Source: an uncultured delta proteobacterium (lineage in GTDB: Bacteria; Desulfobacterota; Zymogenia; Zymogenales; Zymogenaceae). Taken from it: DNA of 64,000 bases. The stretch spans positions 1-64,000 of the forward strand of contig CAWBYW010000006.1 of NCBI GenBank assembly GCA_963792965.1. The letters are read 5' to 3'. Made by a program: the position numbers and the translations under genes. This document shows, one piece after another, positions 53,735-62,869 of this stretch; the stretch's first letter is position 1; the number at the start of each line of letters is the position of its first letter. The notes beneath the pieces were generated by a model. The model made no database searches, was not told the origin of the DNA, and worked only from the letters and a program-made list of their open reading frames with translations.

Positions 53735-56137
53735 CTACAGCTCCTTGGCGACGCGCGAGATGATCTCGTCCTGGATCTCCCGCCCGATCGAAACGAAATA
53801 GGCGTTGTAGCCGGTGACGCGGACGATCAGGTTCTTATAGTCGTCCGGGTTGGCCTGGGCCTTCTTGAGCGTCTCGGAATCGATCACATTAATCTGCAGG
53901 GCCGTCCCGCCCTTCTCGTTATAGGTCCTCAGAAACGACATCAGCTTATCGGTCCGCTCTTTATCCTTGACCAGAGAGGGCGAGAAACTGATGGTGTGCG
54001 AGTCGCCGTTGGGTGCGGTTTCAAGGCCCAGCTTGCCGACGCTCATGGTGACGGCCGTCGGGCCCTTCGTGTCCGTGCCGTTGACCGGGCAAACGCCGTT
54101 TGAAAGGTACGTGCCGCGCTTGCGCCCGTCAGGGGTGGCCGCGGTCAGGGGGGCGTAAGAGATCCAGTAGTTCCAGGAGAGATAGCCCCCGCGGTATTTA
54201 CGGCCCGTGGCGGGAGAGGTGTATTTTGTCGCCTCGGTGCTCCAGTATTGCGAGACCTCCTTGGCAATGGAGTCCGCATAGTCGTCGTCGTTGCCGTACT
54301 TCGGGGCCTTGTTAATCAGGGTCTGGCGCAGCTTCTCGTGTCCTTCGAAGTTGTCCTTTATCGCGGTCAAGAGCTCGTCCATCGTGATGCGCTTATCGTC
54401 GTAGATGAGTTTCTTTACGGCCACCAGCGAATCGACCGCCGTGGCAAGGGCGATTCCCTCAACGGTGATGTAGTTGTGTTCCGTGCCGCCCTGGTTGACG
54501 TCCTTGCCCTTCTTTTCGCACCCGTCCATCAGGGTGGAGAGATAGACGGTGGGCTGGTATTTCGCGCGGGACTCGTCGGAGATATTATAGACTTCGATCA
54601 GCTGCCTCAGTATTGAGGAGAGCTGTACTTTGAAGGCCGCCATGAATTGGTCGAAGTTCTTGAACTTACGGGGATCGCCCGTCTTGGGGCCCCCGCGCTC
54701 GCCCGTCTTCATGTCTCTGCCGTTGTTGAGGGTAAGCTCTACGGCCTTGGCGATGTTGAGGTTCACGTCGACGGTGCCCGAGCGGTCGTTGCCCTGGAGC
54801 GTGTTTTCCAGACACCCGACCGGGGCGTAGTCCCACAGCTTGTCTTCCGGCAGCCCCTGCCACTTGAGGGCACGCATGGAGTTCTCATCGAAGTTGATGA
54901 GAAACGGAGATCCCTGGGCCTCGATAACGAGCTCCGCGATCCGCCGCAGGAACTTGTCCGGGGTCTTGGCGTGTATGCGGACGTTCGGCTTTGGCTCGAG
55001 CAGGTTCATCTCTTCTATGACGTCCATCATCAGCCAGGTCAGGTCGTTGGAGGCGTCCTCTTTCTTTTCGTTGATGCCGCCCAGCGTGATGAGCTGCCCG
55101 AAGGATGCCGATATCCCCTGGTTTTCTCCGATCCGGCCCTGGAAATCGTAGACGTAGTTGCACTTGACCCAGAAGCAGTCGAGGAGCTCTTTGGCCCAGT
55201 CGCGGGTGAGCTTTTTGGAATCAATGTCCTTCTTGTAGTACGGGAAGAGATACTGGTCGATGCGGCCGGGGGAGAGCCCCGGGCCGGGATACGACTCGTC
55301 CGTCATGACCAGCATATGGGTCATCCAGAGGGACTGGAGCGCCTCGTAGAAAGACCCCGCCGGCTCCCACGGAACCTTTCGGGCGATTCGGGCGATCTCG
55401 ACGAGCTCATCCTTACGCTTCTTGTCCTTTGTCGCCGCAGCTTCTTTCTCGGCGGCCTCGGCGTACCGAAGCGAAAGGATGCGCGGTACCTCGGCGGCGA
55501 TGATCATTGCCTCCAGATAGTCGATCTTCGCCTTATCGCGCGTGCCGGCAATCTCCGCCTTATAATCCGCGATAAGACCCTTGAAACCTTTCTTGAGGAC
55601 CTTGGGATAGTCCGGGATCAGGTGCCCCGGCGCGACGGCGGCGTTTCCGAGGCCCAGGCCGGTGACACGCTTGGCCGCTTTCCACCAGGCGTCGTTGAGT
55701 TTCTGCGCCTTCTTGGCCTCGGCCTTCGTATGGGAGCGTGAAAGCGCGGTGTTGAACTGGCCGCCGACAATCAGCTCGCCCTCGAGGATCTGTACGGGAA
55801 GGTATTTTTCAACGACGATCTTGAGGAATGTCGCCCGCCGTTTGGCCAGGGACATCTCGTAGAATCCCTCGGGGACATCTACCTTCTCGGCACATGCCAA
55901 GAGGCTGTCGGAAAAGCCGGGCAGGAAGGGGTAAACGTCCGGCACCACCCCGAACGTATGGTAAGGAAATACGACATCCCATTCGGTCCCGGTGGTAAGG
56001 GGCATAACCTCATTCTGGAAATAAGGACGCCCGTTGAAATTAAAATACTCGTCCCTGAGCCGTTTTACCCGCCCCGAGAGTTTTTCTGAAGGTGACCAGA
56101 TCTGGTCTTTAGTTACCGCACATGACCCTTGTGCCAT
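53735..56137 (-). CDS. glycyl-radical enzyme of unknown class
   Basis: GRIDQYL, Cys loop PVGCLEN, PKYGNDD, ATPDGR and Gly loop VRVTGYNAYF. Confidence 0.93.
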   Translation of the reverse strand: MAQGSCAVTKDQIWSPSEKLSGRVKRLRDEYFNFNGRPYFQNEVMPLTTGTEWDVVFPYHTFGVVPDVYPFLPGFSDSLLACAEKVDVPEGFYEMSLAKRRATFLKIVVEKYLPVQILEGELIVGGQFNTALSRSHTKAEAKKAQKLNDAWWKAAKRVTGLGLGNAAVAPGHLIPDYPKVLKKGFKGLIADYKAEIAGTRDKAKIDYLEAMIIAAEVPRILSLRYAEAAEKEAAATKDKKRKDELVEIARIARKVPWEPAGSFYEALQSLWMTHMLVMTDESYPGPGLSPGRIDQYLFPYYKKDIDSKKLTRDWAKELLDCFWVKCNYVYDFQGRIGENQGISASFGQLITLGGINEKKEDASNDLTWLMMDVIEEMNLLEPKPNVRIHAKTPDKFLRRIAELVIEAQGSPFLINFDENSMRALKWQGLPEDKLWDYAPVGCLENTLQGNDRSGTVDVNLNIAKAVELTLNNGRDMKTGERGGPKTGDPRKFKNFDQFMAAFKVQLSSILRQLIEVYNISDESRAKYQPTVYLSTLMDGCEKKGKDVNQGGTEHNYITVEGIALATAVDSLVAVKKLIYDDKRITMDELLTAIKDNFEGHEKLRQTLINKAPKYGNDDDYADSIAKEVSQYWSTEATKYTSPATGRKYRGGYLSWNYWISYAPLTAATPDGRKRGTYLSNGVCPVNGTDTKGPTAVTMSVGKLGLETAPNGDSHTISFSPSLVKDKERTDKLMSFLRTYNEKGGTALQINVIDSETLKKAQANPDDYKNLIVRVTGYNAYFVSIGREIQDEIISRVAKEL

Positions 56138-56321
56138 GGCTCCCTCCTCTATCGCGTGGTTTTCCGGATTGTTTAAATTACGACAAATATACTATAGATA
56201 TCATACCTCAAAAGCGCACGATTTGCAACGACATTTTCAGGGCTTATTTCCCTTTTTCATTGTGTTTGTCTATGATAGAATAACGCGCGTTATCTTTCAA
56301 CAGAAAAAGGTTCCCAAACCC

Positions 56322-56867
56322 GTGGAAACGAAAAAAGACTTCAAGAATGTAAGGGTCATGGTGGAAGTGGCGCTTGCCGCGGCGCTGGCCGTGGTGCTCT
56401 CTATGCTCAAGCTCTATACCCTCCCCCAGGGCGGATCGCTGTCGCTGGAGATGATCCCGGTCTTCTACGTGGCGATCAAGCGGGGAGGTACGCTCGGATG
56501 CCTCACGGGCCTCCTGATGGGGTTGGGACAGCTCCTTTTCGGGGCTTACATCGTCCATCCCGTACAGCTGGTCCTGGATTATCCCGTGGCGTTTGCCCTC
56601 CTCGGGGTGGCGGGTTTTATGAGAAGCACCCCGCTGGTCGGCGTCGTCATAGGGTGCACCCTCAGGTTCCTTGCCCATTTTGCCTCCGGAATTATCTTTT
56701 TTGGCCAGTACGCCCCCGAGGGGATGAACGTCTGGGTCTACTCGGCGGTATATAACGCGAGCTACATGCTCCCGGAGACAGCGATCACCCTGGTCGTCAT
56801 CGCGTTGATCCTTACGCGTGAGAAAACGATCGCTCAGGGGAGGAACGCCCCGCCGCCCGCAAAGTGA
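56322..56867 (+). CDS. thiT: ECF transporter S component for thiamine
   Basis: LPQGGSLSLEMIP, HPVQLVLDYPVAF, RFLAHFASG..FFGQYAP and YSAVYNASY. Confidence 0.88.
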   Translation: METKKDFKNVRVMVEVALAAALAVVLSMLKLYTLPQGGSLSLEMIPVFYVAIKRGGTLGCLTGLLMGLGQLLFGAYIVHPVQLVLDYPVAFALLGVAGFMRSTPLVGVVIGCTLRFLAHFASGIIFFGQYAPEGMNVWVYSAVYNASYMLPETAITLVVIALILTREKTIAQGRNAPPPAK

Positions 56868-56985
56868 ACCGGACGAGCACCGGTGCGGCCTCTGCCAAGT
56901 GGGGAGTTTGCCTGTCTATAAAGGGAGCCGGGCGAGGCATAAGCGTCTACCTCGTGTTCCTTCTGCGCTCGCCCGGTCAACGTAG

Positions 56986-57636
56986 GTGGTTATGATCTGC
57001 GTAGTCTTTTCGGGGGGGACATACCGAAACCCTGAATTCTATCGGGACTTTCTGAAAGACGCGGACCTCGTCATCGCGGCCGACAGCGGGGGCGACCTCC
57101 TGTTGTCGCTCGGTACCGTCCCGCACATCCTGATCGGTGACATGGATTCGATCGGACGCACCACGCTTTCCGACTTCAAGAAGAAAGGGGCCGAAATCGT
57201 AGAGCTCTCCCCCGAGAAGGACTTCACCGATACCGAGATGGCCGTCCGCCTCGCGATCGAGCGCGGTGCCCGCGAGATCGTTCTCCTCGGCGCGATCGGG
57301 GGCCGTATCGACCACACGCTTGCCAATCTGTCCCTGTTGATCTTTGCCTCGGGCCGGGGGGTGCGTCTCCGGATGATCGACGAAGATCAGGAGGCATATC
57401 TCCTGACGCCTGCAATCAGGAACCACATTCCGGGTGCCGTTGGCGACACCGTCTCCCTCATATCTTTGGCCGATCGGACGACGGGGACCACGACCCACGA
57501 CCTCAAGTACCCGCTCAGTGCCGCCTCGCTCGCGCTCATGTCCCCACTCGGGGTAAGCAACGAGATATCCGGCCCCGAGCCCTGGGTCGAGTTTGCCGAG
57601 GGGCGGCTGCTTCTCATCAGGGTAAGGAATCCCTAA
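56986..57636 (+). CDS. thiN: thiamine diphosphokinase
   Basis: IAADSG, IGDMDS, EKDFTDTE, GGRIDHTLAN and LKYPL..GVSNE. Confidence 0.92.
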   Translation: MVMICVVFSGGTYRNPEFYRDFLKDADLVIAADSGGDLLLSLGTVPHILIGDMDSIGRTTLSDFKKKGAEIVELSPEKDFTDTEMAVRLAIERGAREIVLLGAIGGRIDHTLANLSLLIFASGRGVRLRMIDEDQEAYLLTPAIRNHIPGAVGDTVSLISLADRTTGTTTHDLKYPLSAASLALMSPLGVSNEISGPEPWVEFAEGRLLLIRVRNP

Positions 57637-57691
57637 GGCGAGTTGCGGAGAGCCTTTCGGTTACTCCGGCCCTATTACTCCAAAATGAGAC

Positions 57692-57711
57692 GGGCGCCGT
57701 ATACGGCGCCC
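57692..57711. terminator. GC palindrome between convergent genes
   Basis: GGGCGCCGTATACGGCGCCC, with no clear U-tract. Confidence 0.4.
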
Positions 57712-57806
57712 CCAAGACTCCCTGTGAGAAAATCAGATGAGTAAACACGGGGCGTCGCGCGTCACGGCCGCGGTCGCAGCGCCGGAGGGAAGATTGTGCG
57801 GCGTCT

Positions 57807-58694
57807 TTACTTACTGGCCTTCTCGATTGCCGCCCGGATGGCCGGCAGGGCCTTTATCGCCGCCTTTTCCCCCTCGTTAATCAGGTAGGTCTTCTTATCA
57901 AAATCGATCAGCCCAACGCCCGAGACGTTCGGTTTGATGACGACGTCGGCGTCCCTGAGCTGGTACTTGCTGATCTCGTTTCCCATGATGTTAAACGTCT
58001 GCATGATCACGTCGATAACGTTGGTCACGTCGTAGTTGGTCATTGACGACGACACATCCACGGCGATAACGACGTCGGCCCCCATGTCACGCGCCACATC
58101 GACCGGGACGTTGTCTACCACCCCACCGTCCACGAGTATCCTTCCCCCGATGACGAGCGGCTTGAAGATTCCCGGAATCGAGGTCGAGGCCCGCACCGCC
58201 GTCGAGATCGATCCGGTCTTGAAGACGACTTTATTTCCGGTATTGAGGTCCGTCGCGACGGCTGCAAAGCGGATCTTGAGATCCTCGATGTTCTTGACGG
58301 TTACACGGCTGTTTAAGAAGCGAACGATGCTCTCCCCCTTGACGACACCCACCAGGAAGTTGGGGAGGGAGAAATCGAAGATATCTTCTTCCCTCATCCC
58401 CCAGGTGGCTCTCTCCAGCTTGTCCGCGTTGCCGTAAAAGGCATACATCGCCCCCGTGAGGCTGCCCGCGCTCGTCCCGACGATAATGTCGATCGGAATC
58501 CTTTCTCTCTCAAGCACCTTGATGACGCCGATGTGTGCAAAACCCCGTGACGCCCCGCCCGACAGCACCAGGCCGATCTTGGGCCTCGGCTTTTGCACCA
58601 CCGGCGCAGGAACCTTATGGGGGCAGCCGAAGAGCGAGAAAGAGACCGCGAGGATCAAAGATGAGACAAGGAACCGATGAAAAGTCCTTCTCAT
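57807..58694 (-). CDS. patatin-like phospholipase, lipoprotein
   Basis: Lipobox LFGC, LSGGASRG, GTSAG and DGG. Confidence 0.9.
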   Translation of the reverse strand: MRRTFHRFLVSSLILAVSFSLFGCPHKVPAPVVQKPRPKIGLVLSGGASRGFAHIGVIKVLERERIPIDIIVGTSAGSLTGAMYAFYGNADKLERATWGMREEDIFDFSLPNFLVGVVKGESIVRFLNSRVTVKNIEDLKIRFAAVATDLNTGNKVVFKTGSISTAVRASTSIPGIFKPLVIGGRILVDGGVVDNVPVDVARDMGADVVIAVDVSSSMTNYDVTNVIDVIMQTFNIMGNEISKYQLRDADVVIKPNVSGVGLIDFDKKTYLINEGEKAAIKALPAIRAAIEKASK

Positions 58695-58773
58695 GAATAG
58701 GCCTCCATGGGAAAGACTATATCACAGATAGGTCCGAAAGTTAAGGACGATCGAAAAAAACCTTGCGAATATC

Positions 58774-59712
58774 ATGCCTTTCATTTATCCTTTCGATATG
58801 GAAGACGATGCGCCGAGCCCTTCATACCGTGCGCTCTTGTCAACGGGGGAGTTGGAGCGACGCGCAGACCTCCTTGAAGAAATTCTCGGGGAGTGCCGCC
58901 TCTGTCCCCGAATGTGCGGGGCCGACCGCGTCGAGGGGAAGGTCGGGACCTGCCGGGCGGGCCCCCTCCCCATGGTCTCGTCGGCCTTTCCCCATTTCGG
59001 GGAGGAGCCGCCGCTCGTCGGGAGCCGCGGGTCCGGCACAATCTTCATGACCCACTGCAACCTCCGCTGTGTCTTCTGTCAGAATGACGACATCAGCCAC
59101 GGCGGGCGGGGAAGTGTCGTGGACGCCGAGGGGCTGGCGCGCTGTATGATCGGACTGCAGAGGCAGGGATGCCACAACATAAACTTCGTAACGCCGACCC
59201 ATTATGTACCCCAGATCGTTCGCGCGCTGGCGAGCGCCGCACGTCAGGGGCTGGAAGTTCCCCTGGTCTACAACACCGGCGGGTATGATTCGATCGAGGT
59301 GATCCGGCTTCTGTCCGGGGTCTTCGATATCTACATGCCCGATTATAAGTTTGCCGACGGCGCGCCGGCCGAAAAATATATGAACGCCCCGGACTACCCG
59401 GAGGTGGTCAGAAGCGTCCTTTCCGAGATGCACCGGCAGGTCGGAGTGCTCAAGACGGACGAACACGGCATCGCCTACCGGGGCCTCCTGATCCGCCACC
59501 TCGTGATGCCCGAACGTCTTTCGGGGACGGAGAAAGCGATGCAGTTTATCGGCGAAACACTCTCGCGCGACTCCTACGTCAACATCATGGACCAGTACCG
59601 GCCCGAGCATCGTGCGCACGACTACCCCGAGCTTGCGCGGCGCGTAACCGCACGCGAGTTCGACGAAGCGGTCCGCTACGCCCGGGCGGCCGGGCTCTCG
59701 CGGGGTTTTTGA
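58774..59712 (+). CDS. PflX-family radical SAM protein
   Basis: CRLCPRMC, HFGEEP, CNLRCVFCQN, NINFVTP, DIYMPD and RHLVMP. Confidence 0.88.
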   Translation: MPFIYPFDMEDDAPSPSYRALLSTGELERRADLLEEILGECRLCPRMCGADRVEGKVGTCRAGPLPMVSSAFPHFGEEPPLVGSRGSGTIFMTHCNLRCVFCQNDDISHGGRGSVVDAEGLARCMIGLQRQGCHNINFVTPTHYVPQIVRALASAARQGLEVPLVYNTGGYDSIEVIRLLSGVFDIYMPDYKFADGAPAEKYMNAPDYPEVVRSVLSEMHRQVGVLKTDEHGIAYRGLLIRHLVMPERLSGTEKAMQFIGETLSRDSYVNIMDQYRPEHRAHDYPELARRVTAREFDEAVRYARAAGLSRGF

Positions 59713-59713
59713 G

Positions 59714-60514
59714 GTGCAGGCCGCCGTGTTGGATCGCCGGATCGAGGATGCGCTCAAAAGGCGTGGGCTTTCGGTGCACGGCTTTTGCCCCACGCATGAC
59801 CTCCTCTTCGGCGACCTGACCGAGGCAGAGCTTCGCCTCTTCTATGACCAGATGAGGCGCTACTCGGTGAGGCTGATCCTGCGCAATATAGTCAAGCGGC
59901 AGGACGGCTTCACGGAGGCAGACCTCGGCGACTTTTCCCGGCCCGACGAGCGACTACGCGTCATCGAAACCCTGGTCGGCATCGGGATTGTCGAGCCGGA
60001 CGGCGGCTCTTTTCGTCTGAAGAAGCGGCCCGTCAGGAGCTTCGGCCCAACGCTTGAGTGGTTCGTTGCGTATATGATGCAGGCCGAGTTCGCCTCCCCC
60101 GCCGCATGGGGTGTCACGCTGGGCCCGAATGGCCCGGGTGGCGACTACGACGTGATTTCCTATTACGAGGACGAGCTGATCTACATCGAGGTCAAGTCCG
60201 CCCCGCCCAAGGGGGTCCAGACCGGTGAGGCGGCGGCCTTTCTCGCGCGGGTCAACACGCTCCTTCCCCGGGCCGCCTTCTTTTTCGTCGACACGGAGCT
60301 GAGGATGCGGGACCGGGTGGTGCTGCTGTTTCATCAGGAGTTTTTGGAGCGCATGAAAGACCCCTATCCTAAGCGCCCCGACCTGAAGAACCTGACGGGG
60401 GAGATATTTCACATCGACCACCGGATATTCATTCTCAACGCCTACCGGGACGTGGCGGCCAATTTCACCGTCTGTCTCAGGGATTTCCTGGCCCGGGGGC
60501 TTTCGGTGCTCTAA
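59714..60514 (+). CDS. hypothetical protein with a PD-(D/E)xK nuclease-like motif
   Basis: GPTLEW..GDYDVI...IYIEVKS; starts immediately after the pflX-like stop. Confidence 0.6.
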   Translation: MQAAVLDRRIEDALKRRGLSVHGFCPTHDLLFGDLTEAELRLFYDQMRRYSVRLILRNIVKRQDGFTEADLGDFSRPDERLRVIETLVGIGIVEPDGGSFRLKKRPVRSFGPTLEWFVAYMMQAEFASPAAWGVTLGPNGPGGDYDVISYYEDELIYIEVKSAPPKGVQTGEAAAFLARVNTLLPRAAFFFVDTELRMRDRVVLLFHQEFLERMKDPYPKRPDLKNLTGEIFHIDHRIFILNAYRDVAANFTVCLRDFLARGLSVL

Positions 60515-60552
60515 GGAGAGACACGTCTTGGAACGATCGTCAACGAATGACA

Positions 60553-60579
60553 CCCCAAGAAAACGTCGTTTTCTTGGGG
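60553..60579. repeat. 27-bp near-perfect palindrome
   Basis: CCCCAAGAAAACG-T-CGTTTTCTTGGGG. Confidence 0.6.
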
Positions 60580-60691
60580 ACACCGTCAAGGCGACCACAT
60601 AAGTCGGCCCGCTGAGAAACACGAACGTCTCGCGGTATACGCGAATGACCTTTCAGGAAGAACAACCATTGGAGACTACGGAGTTATCCTC

Positions 60692-61471
60692 ATGATCGGA
60701 ACAATCGTCAATGTCGTTACCATTGTCGTCGGGTCGCTGGCCGGCCTTTTCTTTTCCCGGTTTTTTACCGATCGTATTCGGATGGTCGTGATGCAGGGAC
60801 TCGCCCTCTCGATCATGCTGATCGGCGTCACCATGGCGATGAAGACGACCAACGTGCTCATCGTCATCGGGAGCATGGTGCTCGGCGGGGCGCTCGGAGA
60901 GGTGCTCAGGATCGAAGAGCGACTCGAGTCGGTGGGTGAGCGGCTAAAAAGGGGTGTGCGGTCGGGTTCGGCCACCTTTGTGACCGGCTTCGTGACGGCA
61001 AGCCTCATATATTGCGTCGGGGCGATGGCCGTCGTGGGGAGCCTCGACGAGGGGATCAGACACGACCCCCATATCCTCTTTGCCAAATCGTTGTTGGACG
61101 GGGTAGCCTCGATCGCCTTTGCATCGACGCTCGGGGTCGGCGTGCTCTTCGCGGCAATCTCGGTCTTCGTTTACCAGGGCGCCCTGACGCTCCTGGCGAT
61201 GTATTTCGGGAGGTTCCTTTCCGGGATGATGATCAGCGAATTGACGGCGGCAGGAGGTCTCTTGATCCTCGGCATCGGCCTCAATATCCTGTTCGCCCAC
61301 GGGGCCGAATCCCCCTCCGACATCCCGGCACCGGCCCCGAAGAGCCGCCCTGCGGGTATGGCGGCCATCGGGTCAGCGCAGCCGGCGCTTTCCATCAAGA
61401 TCGGCAACCTCCTCCCGGCGCTCGTCTTTGCCGTGCTGATCGCATGGCTCGTGGAAATGTTCGGCAAATAA
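60692..61471 (+). CDS. DUF554 family membrane protein
   Basis: MIGTIVNV, GFVTASLIYCVGAM, KSLLDG and IKIGNLLPAL. Confidence 0.9.
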   Translation: MIGTIVNVVTIVVGSLAGLFFSRFFTDRIRMVVMQGLALSIMLIGVTMAMKTTNVLIVIGSMVLGGALGEVLRIEERLESVGERLKRGVRSGSATFVTGFVTASLIYCVGAMAVVGSLDEGIRHDPHILFAKSLLDGVASIAFASTLGVGVLFAAISVFVYQGALTLLAMYFGRFLSGMMISELTAAGGLLILGIGLNILFAHGAESPSDIPAPAPKSRPAGMAAIGSAQPALSIKIGNLLPALVFAVLIAWLVEMFGK

Positions 61472-61534
61472 GTGTGAGGAGGGTCATAGTTTTGTCCGAT
61501 ATCCCGCAGTAAAGAAAAGGGGCTATCAAAATAC

Positions 61535-61563
61535 TTTACAAAACGGAAAGGCTATAGTATTAT
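61535..61563 (+). promoter_or_regulatory. sigma70-type promoter for the repeat-domain array
   Basis: TTTACA-17 bp-TATTAT in an AT-rich leader with an AGGAGG RBS. Confidence 0.5.
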
Positions 61564-61620
61564 TCCACTTTACGGTATTCTATTTATCATAACTATTTAC
61601 AACGGAAATAAGGAGGAAGG

Positions 61621-61965
61621 ATGCGAAACGTAAGGACTCTTCTCATACTACTTGCCGTTGCCCTTACGTTCATGCTGGCGGGCTCCAATGCATCGGCGAT
61701 GAATCAGAGTGGCTATCTTTCCGGCCCCGGGGCATCGTATACTTTCACGGTCGACGCGGGCACGAACAACTACCTCGAAGTCAATTTCAGCTATCCGAAG
61801 GGCTCAGTCAAGTTCTGGGTCGAGGTGGTCGGTTCGGACGGCACGACGGTCCTCGGCAACTTTGACCTCGACAACGGTGAAGTCATCCAGCTCTCCGGCG
61901 GGGGCACCTTCTACCTGACGATCTACTGAAACGCCGGCGCGGGATACTGGTCGGCAACATACTGA
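61621..61965 (+). CDS. secreted repeat-domain protein A (one domain; in-frame TGA at 61927)
   Basis: Signal peptide plus the domain SGYLSGPG..YPKG..FDLDNGEVIQLSGGGTFYLTIY; homology to the paralogs continues in frame past the TGA (NAGAGYWSATY). Confidence 0.8.
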
Positions 61966-61973
61966 GTGCGGAC

Positions 61974-62007
61974 GCGGGAGGAACGACATTCCTCCCGCTT
62001 TGCTTTT
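61974..62007 (+). terminator. intrinsic terminator after gene A
   Basis: GCGGGAGGAA-CGACA-TTCCTCCCGC followed by TTTGCTTTT. Confidence 0.75.
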
Positions 62008-62169
62008 CCCGGGACAGGCTCCGTCCAGTGTGAGACAACCGTGCCTCTTCGTCTCACGAGGTTACCGGCAAAAAGGCTCTTAATCTTATCGCGGACTCTG
62101 AGACGATCGTTTTGATATTTCGATGATCCATCATCCTATACCGTTCTTATTATTCAAAAGGAGGTAACT

Positions 62170-62840
62170 ATGAGAAGATTCAGGGTATCACTGCTCGTTC
62201 TTGCGTCGATGACGCTTCTGGTGCTCTTTGCCGCCAACGCCTTTGCGGTCACCGAGAGCGGCTATCTTTACGGTCCGGGGGCGTCCTATACCTTTACCGT
62301 AAATGCCGGTAGCATCACCTACCTTGAAGTCCCCTTCAATTACCCGAAGGGGGCCGCCGATTTTTGGGTCAAGGTTGTCGGTCAGGACGGCAGGACCGTG
62401 CTGGGCAATTTTGATCTCGACAACGGCGAGGTTATTCAGCTCTCCGGCGGCGGGCACCTTCTACCTGACGATCTACTCCAACAGGGGCGCCGGAAACTGG
62501 TCGGCCACCTATAACGTGTCGGGCGGATCCGCTCCACCGGCCTCCAGAGGAACCTGTAATATCTACGCGAACTCCGCCGCCGGATACCTCGTTGGTCCCG
62601 GCGATTCCTGCAGCTGGTCCATCAACGCAGGATCCAGGAATTACCTGGAAGTGCCTTTCAGCTACCCGAAGGGGTCCGTCAAGTTCTTGGTGGAGGTGAT
62701 CGGGCAGGACGGCCATTCGGTACTGGGCGATTTCGATCTCGACAACGGCGAAGTCATCCAGCTCTCCGGGGGTGGTCTCTCTTACCTGACGATCCGTTCC
62801 AACGCCGGCGCCGGAAACTGGTCCATGTTCGTGGAAATAG
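62170..62840 (+). CDS. secreted repeat-domain protein B (two domains; indels near 62453 and 62825)
   Basis: Signal peptide, two domain copies joined by a GGSAPPASRG linker; corrected end GNWSCSWK-stop. Confidence 0.8.
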
Positions 62841-62869
62841 TTTACGTGATAATTTTATAGGAGTTAGCC

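Noticed and set aside
53735-56137. Annotation as pyruvate formate-lyase, CutC or HypD
   Set aside because: It lacks the PFL Cys-Cys pair, the Cys loop is GCLEN rather than GCVE, and the typical partner genes are absent.
56140-56321. TPP riboswitch upstream of thiT
   Set aside because: The conserved aptamer motifs were not found by eye.
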